Virus record (IMG/VR): IMGVR_UViG_3300014205_000174 | Source: a virus | Taxonomy: Duplodnaviria > Caudoviricetes | Direction: 5' to 3' (one strand) | Length of the DNA: 64,000 nucleotides | Shown: positions 48,895-58,454 of the stretch, one piece after another | Layout: every line of letters begins with the position of its first letter | Position numbering within the stretch: position 1 is the first letter of the stretch | Notes under the pieces: model-generated | Told to the model about the DNA's origin: nothing | Seen by the model: only the letters and a program-made list of their open reading frames with translations | The model's database searches: none | Position numbers and translations under genes: made by a program

Positions 48895-49009
48895 TACATT
48901 TGGTTTATCTTAGTAATACAAGAAACGAAAAACATTTTTTAGTTGTGCTGGGGTTTGCTGTATTGGTGGCTATTTCGGCAATTACTTTTTTTGTACAAAA
49001 TGCGGCGTA

Positions 49010-49216
49010 ATGGAAAATACCGAAGTGAAAGCGAAAGACAGAACTATTAATTACGGTGAAATGTTCGCCGGTGTTGCTGTGCTGTGCGGTATTTTTTACG
49101 GCATGAAAAGGAAGAAAGATTTCATAGGGACTGGTGTATACGCAATAGCGTTTGGAATTGCCGGTGGTTTTATCGGTAACGCCATAAATAAATATCAAAC
49201 ATTAAATAGCAATTAA
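49010..49216 (+). CDS. small two-helix membrane protein
   Basis: Two Gly-rich hydrophobic segments. Confidence 0.65.
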   Translation: MENTEVKAKDRTINYGEMFAGVAVLCGIFYGMKRKKDFIGTGVYAIAFGIAGGFIGNAINKYQTLNSN

Positions 49217-49228
49217 AAAATATCCTGT

Positions 49229-50029
49229 ATGTATAGAGCGATTAATAACCTGGATAATTTTGGCCGTGTTCTTACGGGAGCGGAAAATTTCTTTAACCAG
49301 GACGGGCAGGGTGATGGCGGCCTTAGTCTCGATGGCCTGGATTGCATGGCTCTGTCTCAATTGCATGAACAGGCGCGAAACAGCTATGACGCAGCCATGG
49401 CTCATGCTGCGGCTAACCCTGATATTCAGTATATTATGGCTCCGGGGACTGCCGAAAAAGCCACCATGAATACTATTATGAGCAAGATGGTGAATATGGG
49501 GTGCCAGATAAATGTTCAAAATAAACCAAGCATAGTCTCTATGCCGCCAGTTTACGCTACTTCCGGCCCTGATGTAATGCCGGAAAGCACGACTACAGGC
49601 CAGACACTTCCGACTGGAGCTGGAGCGCCGGGTTCAACCGGTAATAATGCGCCATGTGGTTGTGGTTGCAAGGATTGCGGCGGCAAGACAAATGAAATAT
49701 TAAACGACGTTGGTAGCGCCGGTAAAGGGCTGGGCAATGCGGTATTCAATACGGGTAAAGATGTCATGGATGCTATCTCCGGTATTTTGCGTGATATAGG
49801 CCAGGCTGTAGGTATTATAGGGCCGGATAAGACAGCGGCAAAGATGCCCGCGCAGTCCGTTAATTATGCTAATGCTTCTGGTAATGGAGGTGCATCAAGA
49901 GGCGGGAGCGCTATGCGCACTGTTGGGGGTGATTCCCAGGTGTCGACAGATGCAAGGGCTGCGTCCATAAGAAACAATCATCACGTTGGTTACCACAATG
50001 GAGACCGTGGGACTATGGGTATCAGGTAA
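49229..50029 (+). CDS. hypothetical virion-region protein
   Basis: FFNQDG and YANASG motifs; CGCGCKDC. Confidence 0.7.
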   Translation: MYRAINNLDNFGRVLTGAENFFNQDGQGDGGLSLDGLDCMALSQLHEQARNSYDAAMAHAAANPDIQYIMAPGTAEKATMNTIMSKMVNMGCQINVQNKPSIVSMPPVYATSGPDVMPESTTTGQTLPTGAGAPGSTGNNAPCGCGCKDCGGKTNEILNDVGSAGKGLGNAVFNTGKDVMDAISGILRDIGQAVGIIGPDKTAAKMPAQSVNYANASGNGGASRGGSAMRTVGGDSQVSTDARAASIRNNHHVGYHNGDRGTMGIR

Positions 50030-50056
50030 TTTAATTGCGTGGAATAAAAATCGACT

Positions 50057-50599
50057 ATGGAGAATAAAAATTTGATAATTTTTGGTTTACTGGCTGTAAG
50101 CGGCATTTCATTCTATTTATATAAGAAGGAAGCTGACAAGGTGGCTGTACCTAAAAGTTCTTCAAATAAAAAGGCGGTTTTAGAGAATAAAGTACTCACT
50201 CAAAAAGTGAATTATGTATCAAATACAGATTCTGCGCCATTGAACGCCGAAGCGGCCCTGTCAGTCGATGGGCTCCAAAGAGTACCCAACCCTAGTAAAT
50301 ATATATTTCTTAAAGACGTTAGTGTTGAAGGTCAATATTGTGATTTTAAAATTGATGAAATAACAAGAGAAGGCGCTAGTGTATGTACGAAAGGTATAAA
50401 ATCTTACAAAAAAGGAGATTCTATATTAGGTCACTTTTCAGAGTCAACAACCGGCGCATTAATGCCACCAACTATCTCCTGGATAGAAGATGATAGGAGG
50501 GCATATGCGATTGTCGGAGATGACGCCAAGGCTATGGCAGACGCAGCAGGAAGTACATCATTTTCGGGTAACGAACAATATTGGCAGGCATTCAGATAA
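50057..50599 (+). CDS. single-TM protein, paralogue of 53532
   Basis: KYIF.KD..YKKG.SI.G.F; ends FSGNEQYWQAFR. Confidence 0.75.
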   Translation: MENKNLIIFGLLAVSGISFYLYKKEADKVAVPKSSSNKKAVLENKVLTQKVNYVSNTDSAPLNAEAALSVDGLQRVPNPSKYIFLKDVSVEGQYCDFKIDEITREGASVCTKGIKSYKKGDSILGHFSESTTGALMPPTISWIEDDRRAYAIVGDDAKAMADAAGSTSFSGNEQYWQAFR

Positions 50600-50627
50600 A
50601 AATTATTATTTTTAAACGCACACAACT

Positions 50628-50831
50628 ATGGAAAATAGTCAAAAAAATTTACTGATATTTGGTGGTATAGCGCTACTGGTTTGGTGCGGATACCGGACAA
50701 CAAGTAAATTACCGCTGCTCCCTATGAAGCCAGCTCCGGAAGAATCAGGGGCCGCTACTGGTAGTAGTAGCTTTACTGGTTATGCCGAGATGAACGGCGA
50801 TAATTCAATGCCTACTATAGTCAGTATGTAA
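50628..50831 (+). CDS. small single-TM protein
   Basis: MENSQKNLLIFGG; SSFTG motif. Confidence 0.65.
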   Translation: MENSQKNLLIFGGIALLVWCGYRTTSKLPLLPMKPAPEESGAATGSSSFTGYAEMNGDNSMPTIVSM

Positions 50832-50872
50832 GGGTGAGCGATAATATTTATTATCTTAAATTAACGCAAAGT

Positions 50873-51142
50873 ATGAAAAACGTTTTTAAAATTGGAATAG
50901 GACTAGTTGCGACCGCTGCCGTCTATTATGGCTTGAAAGAGTATTATGTTGACAAGCTAGCGAAACTGTATGCTGCTAACGGGCCGATATCCGATGGGTC
51001 GAGGATGATTACCAGAGAAGAGCAGATAAAATCTGAGAAAAAAGGACTTAGAAAGTATAATTTATTCAAACTTATCAAAGATGTCCCATCGGCTAAAAGT
51101 TTTGCTGAAGCAGAGCTGAATAGAGGAGACGCTATAAGTTAA
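50873..51142 (+). CDS. single-TM protein, paralogue of 54132
   Basis: KEYY..K.A..EQI...KK.LRK; ATG at 50873. Confidence 0.65.
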   Translation: MKNVFKIGIGLVATAAVYYGLKEYYVDKLAKLYAANGPISDGSRMITREEQIKSEKKGLRKYNLFKLIKDVPSAKSFAEAELNRGDAIS

Positions 51143-51172
51143 TTGTAGCGCAGTAACCATAAAACATAACCA

Positions 51173-51478
51173 ATGAATACTGTAAAATCAAGAAATCAAC
51201 TATACCGGGAAAGCGGCAGTTTGCTGCCATTTAAGGCGTGGCTACAGCAGCACATGAATAACGTGGTGCATCAGGCGCTGGTAGAATCTGAGTACCTGAA
51301 CTATGACGGACAGGCTGCCTCGGATAGTTTGGCAACCGAACCTAACCTGCCATTCAAGCCGGTACTTGAAAAGACTTCTATTCTCGGGATACCGAAGAAT
51401 TATCTTTATGCTGGTCTTATGGGCCTGGTACTTTATTCTGCTTACAAACTAAGCGAAAGCACGCTTTTCAATAAATAA
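51173..51478 (+). CDS. C-terminal TM protein
   Basis: NQLYRESG..FKAW; YLNYDG motif. Confidence 0.7.
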   Translation: MNTVKSRNQLYRESGSLLPFKAWLQQHMNNVVHQALVESEYLNYDGQAASDSLATEPNLPFKPVLEKTSILGIPKNYLYAGLMGLVLYSAYKLSESTLFNK

Positions 51479-51486
51479 ACATCCAA

Positions 51487-51831
51487 ATGGAAATAAGCAC
51501 AGAAGGTAAATACGGATTTTTCGCCACTCTTATTGGGATTGGATGGATATCTTATGTGATTTATAATAACCATAAGAACAGCAAGGACATAGCTGCTATC
51601 AAAAGCCGCCAGGATAAGCTGGATGCCAATATCTCAATGACTAATAAGAGTCAGTCACAGCCTATTGGTATGTCTTTCTCTGGCTTTGCCGGGCAGCCGG
51701 ATAGTATGAAGTCCTATGGGCCGGCAGAAGGGTCTATTCAGGATTTCGACACCCGTCAACCAATTACTTATCCAAAGCTGGTTGTGAAGAAAGTTTTTGG
51801 CCGGGATGTTATTGAAACAATGTGCGGGTAA
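51487..51831 (+). CDS. N-terminal TM protein
   Basis: FSGFAG motif. Confidence 0.7.
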   Translation: MEISTEGKYGFFATLIGIGWISYVIYNNHKNSKDIAAIKSRQDKLDANISMTNKSQSQPIGMSFSGFAGQPDSMKSYGPAEGSIQDFDTRQPITYPKLVVKKVFGRDVIETMCG

Positions 51832-51852
51832 TAACTAAAAGCAGATAGAATA

Positions 51853-52650
51853 ATGATATACACTATACCTACAAGATTCGAAGAATTTACACTGGCCGTC
51901 AAGGTGGCTACCGCGTCGCCGCAGGTAATTCGGATAATTTTGAAAGATGTAGACCTCCCAAACACTGAATTTACAAACAGGTATAAGACGGTGAACGGCG
52001 AATTTACCTTCTTTATCCGCGTTCCGGTGTCAGGCAGAGAGGCGAAGCTGATTATTTATAATGAAGACATAGGCAATATTCCGAGTGCAAGCGATAGGAC
52101 ATTCCAGGTGCTGAATATAGAAAAACAGCCACTGGAAAAGAGGCTGGATATGATTGACTTCAGCATTAATCCGCTGCTTAAATCGTTCGTTAAATTCGCG
52201 ACGAGGTTTTGTTATAATGCCGGGGCGTTAAGGCCTGATAATTATACATCCGCTGACCGGCGCTTTATTATTCAGTACCTGCCCACAATTATCAATGAAC
52301 GTGGGCAAGTAGTGAATACATCGGCTCGAATCAGCAAGCAGACCGGTATAATACAGGTTTCGCAGGATAAGTTCATTCCCATGACGTTCCCTATGCGCAT
52401 GGCTATTTTGTTTCATGAGTTTTCGCATTTTTATCTAAATGACGAAATCAATGACGAGGTAGAAGCCGATATCAATGCGCTGATTATTTATCTTGGCCTT
52501 GGATATCCGCGAATAGAAGCCCATGACGCATGGTTAGTGGCATTTATGGGAGCGCCCACAGAGGAGAATGAACATAGGTATAAGATACTGAAGGAGTTTA
52601 TTGAAGACTTTGATAATACAAAAACATTAATTAATATTCCGTACCCATGA
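51853..52650 (+). CDS. zincin-like metallopeptidase
   Basis: ILFHEFSHFY...EVEAD (HExxH plus downstream E). Confidence 0.75.
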   Translation: MIYTIPTRFEEFTLAVKVATASPQVIRIILKDVDLPNTEFTNRYKTVNGEFTFFIRVPVSGREAKLIIYNEDIGNIPSASDRTFQVLNIEKQPLEKRLDMIDFSINPLLKSFVKFATRFCYNAGALRPDNYTSADRRFIIQYLPTIINERGQVVNTSARISKQTGIIQVSQDKFIPMTFPMRMAILFHEFSHFYLNDEINDEVEADINALIIYLGLGYPRIEAHDAWLVAFMGAPTEENEHRYKILKEFIEDFDNTKTLINIPYP

Positions 52651-52943
52651 TGAGCGAAAACAAGAAGACTTTGATATTTGTGGCCATATTTGCCGCATTA
52701 ATTACAGGTGCGTACTTTGTATCGAAGAAATTGTCAGAAAAAAAGAAAGACGATAATATCGGCAAGGAGGCAAAGGTGCTTTTTATTTTAAAAAATAGCG
52801 GCGGCTCCGGGGATGTGAATTTTTTGATTACGCTTCATGACGATTATATAGACGCATGGTATGATGCAGTAAAAAACAAGGCCGCTTATTTTAATTCCGG
52901 CGGCGGGAAGTTTGATGCGGTTACGGGGAAGGCAAGGGCATAA
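52647..52943 (+). CDS. N-terminal TM protein
   Basis: TM followed by a Lys cluster. Confidence 0.7.
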   Translation: MMSENKKTLIFVAIFAALITGAYFVSKKLSEKKKDDNIGKEAKVLFILKNSGGSGDVNFLITLHDDYIDAWYDAVKNKAAYFNSGGGKFDAVTGKARA

Positions 52944-53004
52944 CGCATAATATTCTTTTTGTGACGAAATATTTTAGTGCAATTACAGGTAAACATGTTT
53001 AATT

Positions 53005-53523
53005 ATGAGTGACGGTAATGTAATGAGGATTTATGATGGACTGCCTTCTTACGGCAGGGCTCTTGTTATTGTCGGTGGCTTAGGCGTTATCGCCTGGACT
53101 GGGTTTATGGTGTATAATGGGATAGACAGACGAATAAAAAACAAGAAGGCCACTGAAAAAGCGAACGAAACCTTAAGGGCAACAGGCGGCGCTCTTGCGG
53201 ACTTATCGGCAAAGGGCGTTCATCCATCATTTTCTGATGCGCAGTATAAAGTATGGGCAGACCAGCTTGAGGCTTGTTTTCAGGGATGGGGTACATGCTA
53301 TGTTTATAAAGATGTTTTTGAATCATTAAAAAATGATGCGGATGTTGTTCGGCTGATACAGGCATACGGTGTAAGGACTATCAGCTCTGGCAAGTGGAAC
53401 CCGACCCCAGATTATGTAGGTGGTCTATCAGGTATATTAACCGAGGAACTAAATTCGCTGGAAGTAATAGGTCTTATGAATCGAATGGAGGAAAGGGGTA
53501 TCAAGTTTAAAATATTAGGATAA
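53005..53523 (+). CDS. TM protein with an annexin-repeat-like segment
   Basis: ADQLEACFQGWGT..DVFESLKNDAD..LIQAYG. Confidence 0.6.
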   Translation: MSDGNVMRIYDGLPSYGRALVIVGGLGVIAWTGFMVYNGIDRRIKNKKATEKANETLRATGGALADLSAKGVHPSFSDAQYKVWADQLEACFQGWGTCYVYKDVFESLKNDADVVRLIQAYGVRTISSGKWNPTPDYVGGLSGILTEELNSLEVIGLMNRMEERGIKFKILG

Positions 53524-53531
53524 TATTTATT

Positions 53532-54113
53532 ATGGAGAACAGCACAAAAATATTGCTTGGTGTAGGCGCAGGTGCAGGTATAGCACTTGTGTTGCTATAC
53601 AATAAATATGGCCGGACTAGCTCAGGGAATAGTAAAACTAAATCTGGCTCAATTTCGGCAGGTGCAGGCGTAGCGACGGTGGTAAAGGGACAAATAATGG
53701 GTGTATCGAGTAATGGTATGAGGGATAATAACGTTCCATTACCAAATTGTCAAAAATACATTTTTCATAAAGACATGACTATAGGTGCCGATGGCCCTTT
53801 GCATATGCCTTGTTCGTTATCGGAAGGTCAGAAATACCCTAAGTGCGAGACTCCGACTAAAACTTACAAAAAAGGAGAAAGTATTTGCGGTGTGTTTCGC
53901 CAAGGGTCAGACCCAGGGTCAAGAGCCGGCGGCGGAACTGGGCCGCAACCTGGTGCTGCTTCAGAATCACCAAATCTTAGGTGGGTAGATGGAGGCGCGC
54001 AATACTCTGTGATTGGACAAGATGCCGTCGATATGCACAAATTTAGTACTGATACAACTCACATGTATGCAGGTTTTGCAGGTAATGAACGTAGGTGGCA
54101 GAATTTCAGATAA
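53532..54113 (+). CDS. single-TM protein, paralogue of 50057 and 16653
   Basis: Ends YAGFAGNERRWQNFR. Confidence 0.75.
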   Translation: MENSTKILLGVGAGAGIALVLLYNKYGRTSSGNSKTKSGSISAGAGVATVVKGQIMGVSSNGMRDNNVPLPNCQKYIFHKDMTIGADGPLHMPCSLSEGQKYPKCETPTKTYKKGESICGVFRQGSDPGSRAGGGTGPQPGAASESPNLRWVDGGAQYSVIGQDAVDMHKFSTDTTHMYAGFAGNERRWQNFR

Positions 54114-54131
54114 CGCTTAAAAACTTAAAGC

Positions 54132-54395
54132 ATGAAAAAAAGTATAGTAGTAGCGCTTGGCGCAGCAGTGGTCGTGGCTGTTGGATATTATGCAGGTAAG
54201 GAGTATTATATTAGTAAGATAGCCGAAAAGTGGAATGAAATTCCTGTAACAAATGGGTTAACTAACGTAACCGCAATTGACACGGAGCAGATACAGAGAG
54301 ATAAAAAAAAGCTTAGAAAACAGCCTCTTTGGGGATTAATGAAAGAATGGAAGTTAGCGCAGTCTATGCCAACAGCGGTCGGTGCGTATGATTAA
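54132..54395 (+). CDS. single-TM protein, paralogue of 50873
   Basis: KEYYISKIAE..EQIQRDKKKLRK. Confidence 0.7.
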   Translation: MKKSIVVALGAAVVVAVGYYAGKEYYISKIAEKWNEIPVTNGLTNVTAIDTEQIQRDKKKLRKQPLWGLMKEWKLAQSMPTAVGAYD

Positions 54396-54431
54396 TTTAT
54401 TTTGAATTATCAGTTTTAAATTTCAGGCATA

Positions 54432-54698
54432 ATGAACATGAATATATTTAAGAGCATAAATAAAAAACACATCTTGTATGCGTCGGTAATAACGGGAGTT
54501 ATTGTTGCCGGGTTGGTGTACCGTAGCTGGAAGAAAAAAAACACATCAACACCAGCCGTTGCTCAAAAACAAAATGATGTTGGTTATATTCTTGCTTACC
54601 AGTATGCTGTAGATAAACAAAATGGCGACTTAAAGAAGTTCGGGCGGTCGGATATTAATCTGGCAAATCCGGACACGTGGCCATCATTGGTTAGTTAG
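54432..54698 (+). CDS. N-terminal TM protein
   Basis: TM followed by WKKK. Confidence 0.65.
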   Translation: MNMNIFKSINKKHILYASVITGVIVAGLVYRSWKKKNTSTPAVAQKQNDVGYILAYQYAVDKQNGDLKKFGRSDINLANPDTWPSLVS

Positions 54699-54724
54699 TT
54701 AATTAGTATTAAAAATATTTTATA

Positions 54725-55234
54725 ATGGTGAAACCAATAAATCTTCGTCCGGATGAACAGGGGTATAGCAATATGAACGGCATAGAGCGCGTCGCTAATA
54801 ATGTTATAGATACGCTACGCGCTCCATTTGTTGCGAAGAAAAATAAAAAGTCGAAGCCTGAAGCGGACTCTGGAGAGTCTGTTTCTACCGGAGATTCTAT
54901 GGCGACTAAAAAGATTACACCAGTTATTGCTCCGACTACAGTAACGGAGCCGGAGGATAGTTGGCCGGAGGGGTGGTCATTGCCTGTATATCCGTATAAG
55001 GACGAAGAAGTTATTGCTCCGTCACCGAATAAAATGAATGAAGTTGACAGAGTGAGCACGATGATTTTTGGTAAGCCGGCGAATGAAGTCGGAGATTATT
55101 ATACTTCAAATATTTCCGGTAAGGGGAGTGGAAAAAAACCAAATAATGCATGGATTGGCTGGGTTATATTGGCGGTGGTTGTTGGGGCGGGAGGATTTTA
55201 TGCTTACAAAAAGTTTCATAAAAAAGACGCGTAA
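54725..55234 (+). CDS. C-terminal TM protein
   Basis: YSNMNG motif; TM followed by KK. Confidence 0.7.
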   Translation: MVKPINLRPDEQGYSNMNGIERVANNVIDTLRAPFVAKKNKKSKPEADSGESVSTGDSMATKKITPVIAPTTVTEPEDSWPEGWSLPVYPYKDEEVIAPSPNKMNEVDRVSTMIFGKPANEVGDYYTSNISGKGSGKKPNNAWIGWVILAVVVGAGGFYAYKKFHKKDA

Positions 55235-55608
55235 TGATTAAAAAAGAAATTTTCGGAGCGGGTATGACAACCCCATTTTTAAATGCATCTGGCGATAGTA
55301 CCAATGGATTTAGAATGGACTTGTATCCATTAGGCACTGAGCCGCCATATACTAATCCGTATCTACCACCACTACCTACTGAAGGGACTGCGGTAGATGC
55401 TGATAAACAACATAATGAAGCGGCTGACGTGCACATTGCAATTCAGGACTTTCTTCTCGGTAAGCCAGATGTTGATATGGATGCGCCGAGGTCAAAAAAT
55501 AAAAATAGCAGTACTCCAAATAAAAAACCTAATAATACGCCGTATATTGTAGCGGGTGTGGCGGTAGTCGTGATAATTATTGGAATTGTTGTTATTGTAA
55601 AAAAATAA
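55234..55608 (+). CDS. C-terminal TM protein
   Basis: FLNASG motif. Confidence 0.7.
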   Translation: MIKKEIFGAGMTTPFLNASGDSTNGFRMDLYPLGTEPPYTNPYLPPLPTEGTAVDADKQHNEAADVHIAIQDFLLGKPDVDMDAPRSKNKNSSTPNKKPNNTPYIVAGVAVVVIIIGIVVIVKK

Positions 55609-55611
55609 ATA

Positions 55612-55959
55612 ATGCCAGATTTTTTAAACCAGGATGGTACATCGTTTAATTGGGGGGCAATTGGCGGCGGCTTAAATGCCCTTGGCGGCGTTGCCGGACA
55701 ATACTTTTCGGCACAAGCTAATGCGGATGCAATGAAAGCTATTGAGGGTGGTAGAAATGCAGCATCGAAAGAAATAGCAGAAATAAATGCACAGGCGGCA
55801 ATTGAAATTGCAAGAAATCAAACTAATGCTGCTCTTGCGGCGGCAAGAGCTCAATCGGGGTCTGGGGCAGGAATGGGAATAAGCGGTACGACTTTAATAA
55901 TAGGCGGTGTAGTAGCACTAATAGCCACAATCGCTATTACTGTAGCTTTAATGAGATAA
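55612..55959 (+). CDS. Ala/Gly-rich C-terminal TM protein, paralogue of 62366
   Basis: FLNQDG motif. Confidence 0.7.
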   Translation: MPDFLNQDGTSFNWGAIGGGLNALGGVAGQYFSAQANADAMKAIEGGRNAASKEIAEINAQAAIEIARNQTNAALAAARAQSGSGAGMGISGTTLIIGGVVALIATIAITVALMR

Positions 55960-55968
55960 ATTTAACAG

Positions 55969-56730
55969 ATGAAAAAATCAATCATTTCCGATTTAGACGC
56001 ATTAAATATAACAGGGGCTAAAGATAGCCAATGGTTATATTCTCCTGGCAAAAAGGGAGTAAGGAGTGATATTGACTTTTTGAATGCAGATGGTGATGGT
56101 ACTTTCCGTTTTGATATGTACCCGAATCAGGAATCAGTAAAGGTTCACCCATTAGACATGACGCCAGGAGGCGAAGGTACTTTTCGCTTCGATTACGATA
56201 GCACCCCGGAACTTTATGACCAACATCGCGATACTGGTGGCTTTAATTTAATGGACTGGGGTAGCGAATTATTGCGTGGGAGTGACAGTAATAGCACGTC
56301 AGGTGGCGGTGGTGATTTTAATTTAATGGACTGGAGTAGCAGTTTGCTTAAGCCAGATAGTCAGCCAGGCGGATGGACTAAGCCGCCAAATGAGACAATA
56401 AATAAATTAGAGCCAGCGCCTTTAGAGAAGATGAATACCACGCCCAAGGCGCAGGGTAAAGTAGCTACATTACCTAAAACATGGATAACTGACCTGTTTA
56501 AATCAGTTGGCAATGCTGCCAGTCAGGCACTTTCGGCGGCGGCAAAAAATAGTGGTCAGTCTGCTCAAAAGCAAACACCGCAGAAGCAACAGCAAACTGC
56601 TGGTACCGCCGGTGCATCTGCGGGTGAAGCAACAAAGCCAAATACGTCGCTTATAATAGCGGTTGTGATTGGATTAGGTGTAGTAACTACCGTTGGAGTT
56701 GTGTTGTTTACTGGTTCAAAAAAGAAATAG
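55969..56730 (+). CDS. C-terminal TM protein with internal repeats
   Basis: FLNADG; GTFRFD x2; FNLMDW x2. Confidence 0.75.
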   Translation: MKKSIISDLDALNITGAKDSQWLYSPGKKGVRSDIDFLNADGDGTFRFDMYPNQESVKVHPLDMTPGGEGTFRFDYDSTPELYDQHRDTGGFNLMDWGSELLRGSDSNSTSGGGGDFNLMDWSSSLLKPDSQPGGWTKPPNETINKLEPAPLEKMNTTPKAQGKVATLPKTWITDLFKSVGNAASQALSAAAKNSGQSAQKQTPQKQQQTAGTAGASAGEATKPNTSLIIAVVIGLGVVTTVGVVLFTGSKKK

Positions 56731-56779
56731 TGAGTAACGTCATAGACGCGTAAAAAAACATTAATTTAGCTAAGCAAAA

Positions 56780-58069
56780 ATGTTAAAATCGTTCAAATAC
56801 AGGTTAGATTTAAATGAGGAACAGAAAACGTTCTTCAATAAATCATTTGGCTGCGCAAGGGTGGTGTACAACCGCTGTCTTGACCGCCGAAAGGAACTGT
56901 ATGCGGACAACAAACAGACAATAAGCGCCTACGATTTAATTAATGAAATTACGTTACTAAAAAATACAGAAACGTATTATTGGCTTTCGGAAGTTGTTGC
57001 TCAAACACTACAGTGCGCTGTAATGAATCTCGACACCGCCTATAAGCAATTCTTTAATGGTGGTTTTGGTTTTCCAAAATACAAAAGTAAGTATGCTCGT
57101 CAGAGTTGCCAGTTCCCACAAAATGTAAGAATTAATTTTGATAACAACAAGGTGTGGTTCCCGAAACTCGGCTGGACACGAACACATATCAGCCGCCAGT
57201 TTACCGGCAAGATAAAAACCACTACCGTCAGTAAAAATGCTTCCGGCTATTACTACGTGAGTATCCTTGTTGACAATTCAAAGCCATTACCCGAGAAATC
57301 ACCGGTAGCGGCAGATACGGCCATAGGTATAGATGTAGGTGTGAAAACCCTTGCTACCTTCAGCGATGGCACAAAGATGGAGAATCCCAAGTACTACGCC
57401 AAGTCGCAACAGAGACTGGCAATATTGCAAGAACGTTTAAGCCGTAAGGATAAGAACCGGTATCCAACGTCAACAACGGACAAAAGCAGTAAACGGAGAG
57501 TGAAAGCTAAAAAAGCGGTTGCGAAACAGCACCAAAAAATCGTAAATCAGCGAACCGACTACTTACATAAACAGTCCACGAGAATAATCCGTGAGAACCA
57601 AACGATTATAATCGAGGACTTGAATATAGCTGGCATGACCAGCAGGGTGAAAACAAAGAAGCAGGACGAGAATGGCGCGTATCTACCAAACGGCCAGGCT
57701 GCGAAGTCCGGACTGAACAAAGCAATACTTGACGTAGGTATAGGTCAGTTCTTTGACATGCTGGAATACAAAGCAGAATGGTACGGTAGGAACTTAATCC
57801 GTATCGGACGCTTTGAGCCCAGTAGCAAGACCTGCTCAAACTGCGGTTACGTCAATCAAGCCCTTACACTTAAAGGCAGAGAGTGGATGTGCCCTGTGTG
57901 TGGAGTAAACCACGACCGGGACATAAACGCTGCTGTCAACGTTAAGGACATGGGGCTAAAACAATACTACTCAGAAATGAGAAAGGAATTTAAATTAAAG
58001 ACAGGGGAGGGCATCCCCAGTGTGGACAGTTCGGCTATAGATGTAAAATCTGGGGCCAAAGCTGTCTAG
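56780..58069 (+). CDS. tnpB: TnpB RNA-guided nuclease (IS200/IS605 family), no TnpA
   Basis: FKYRL..FGCARVVYN; GIDVGVK, IIIEDL, DRDINAA; CSNC/CPVC. Confidence 0.93.
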   Translation: MLKSFKYRLDLNEEQKTFFNKSFGCARVVYNRCLDRRKELYADNKQTISAYDLINEITLLKNTETYYWLSEVVAQTLQCAVMNLDTAYKQFFNGGFGFPKYKSKYARQSCQFPQNVRINFDNNKVWFPKLGWTRTHISRQFTGKIKTTTVSKNASGYYYVSILVDNSKPLPEKSPVAADTAIGIDVGVKTLATFSDGTKMENPKYYAKSQQRLAILQERLSRKDKNRYPTSTTDKSSKRRVKAKKAVAKQHQKIVNQRTDYLHKQSTRIIRENQTIIIEDLNIAGMTSRVKTKKQDENGAYLPNGQAAKSGLNKAILDVGIGQFFDMLEYKAEWYGRNLIRIGRFEPSSKTCSNCGYVNQALTLKGREWMCPVCGVNHDRDINAAVNVKDMGLKQYYSEMRKEFKLKTGEGIPSVDSSAIDVKSGAKAV

Positions 58070-58142
58070 TCAGAAACAAGCGTAGGCAACTACCTTAAAG
58101 TATGACATGCCACGGCTCTGATGCGTCGCAGGCGGTATAAGA

Positions 58143-58202
58143 CTTGGCTTAGGAATACTTACTACCGTTGGTGTTGTTTTGTTTACCCGTAAAAAGAAAT
58201 AA
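58143..58202 (+). pseudogene. diverged duplicate of the 3' end of gene 55969-56730 at the TnpB guide position
   Basis: LGLGILTTVGVVLFTRKKK* versus IGLGVVTTVGVVLFTGSKKK* (56668-56730). Confidence 0.85.
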
Positions 58203-58207
58203 TTGCG

Positions 58208-58453
58208 ATGTCTCTATTGCCTAAAAACTGGTTCAATGATTTAGTGAAATCCGTTAGCGATTCGGCCTCAAAGGCAATTGAAAAAGCCGCAAACGGAAAT
58301 GAAAATCCTGAGAAGGAAGAAAAAGAAGAAACAAAAGTAGTTGTGGTAGAGAAGGAAGTAATATCAACTCCAGTAATTATTTGTACATTAGTTGGCGTTG
58401 CAATAATTGCAGGCGTAGTAGTTCACTTATTCAAGAACAAAAAAAATAATTAA
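58208..58453 (+). CDS. C-terminal TM protein
   Basis: LPKNWFNDLVKSV resembles LPKTWITDLFKSV of 55969. Confidence 0.7.
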   Translation: MSLLPKNWFNDLVKSVSDSASKAIEKAANGNENPEKEEKEETKVVVVEKEVISTPVIICTLVGVAIIAGVVVHLFKNKKNN

Positions 58454-58454
58454 A

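Noticed and set aside
35225-58140. Complete autonomous IS200/IS605 or IS607 elements
   Set aside because: No Y1 or serine transposase gene next to any tnpB; exact element ends could not be fixed by eye
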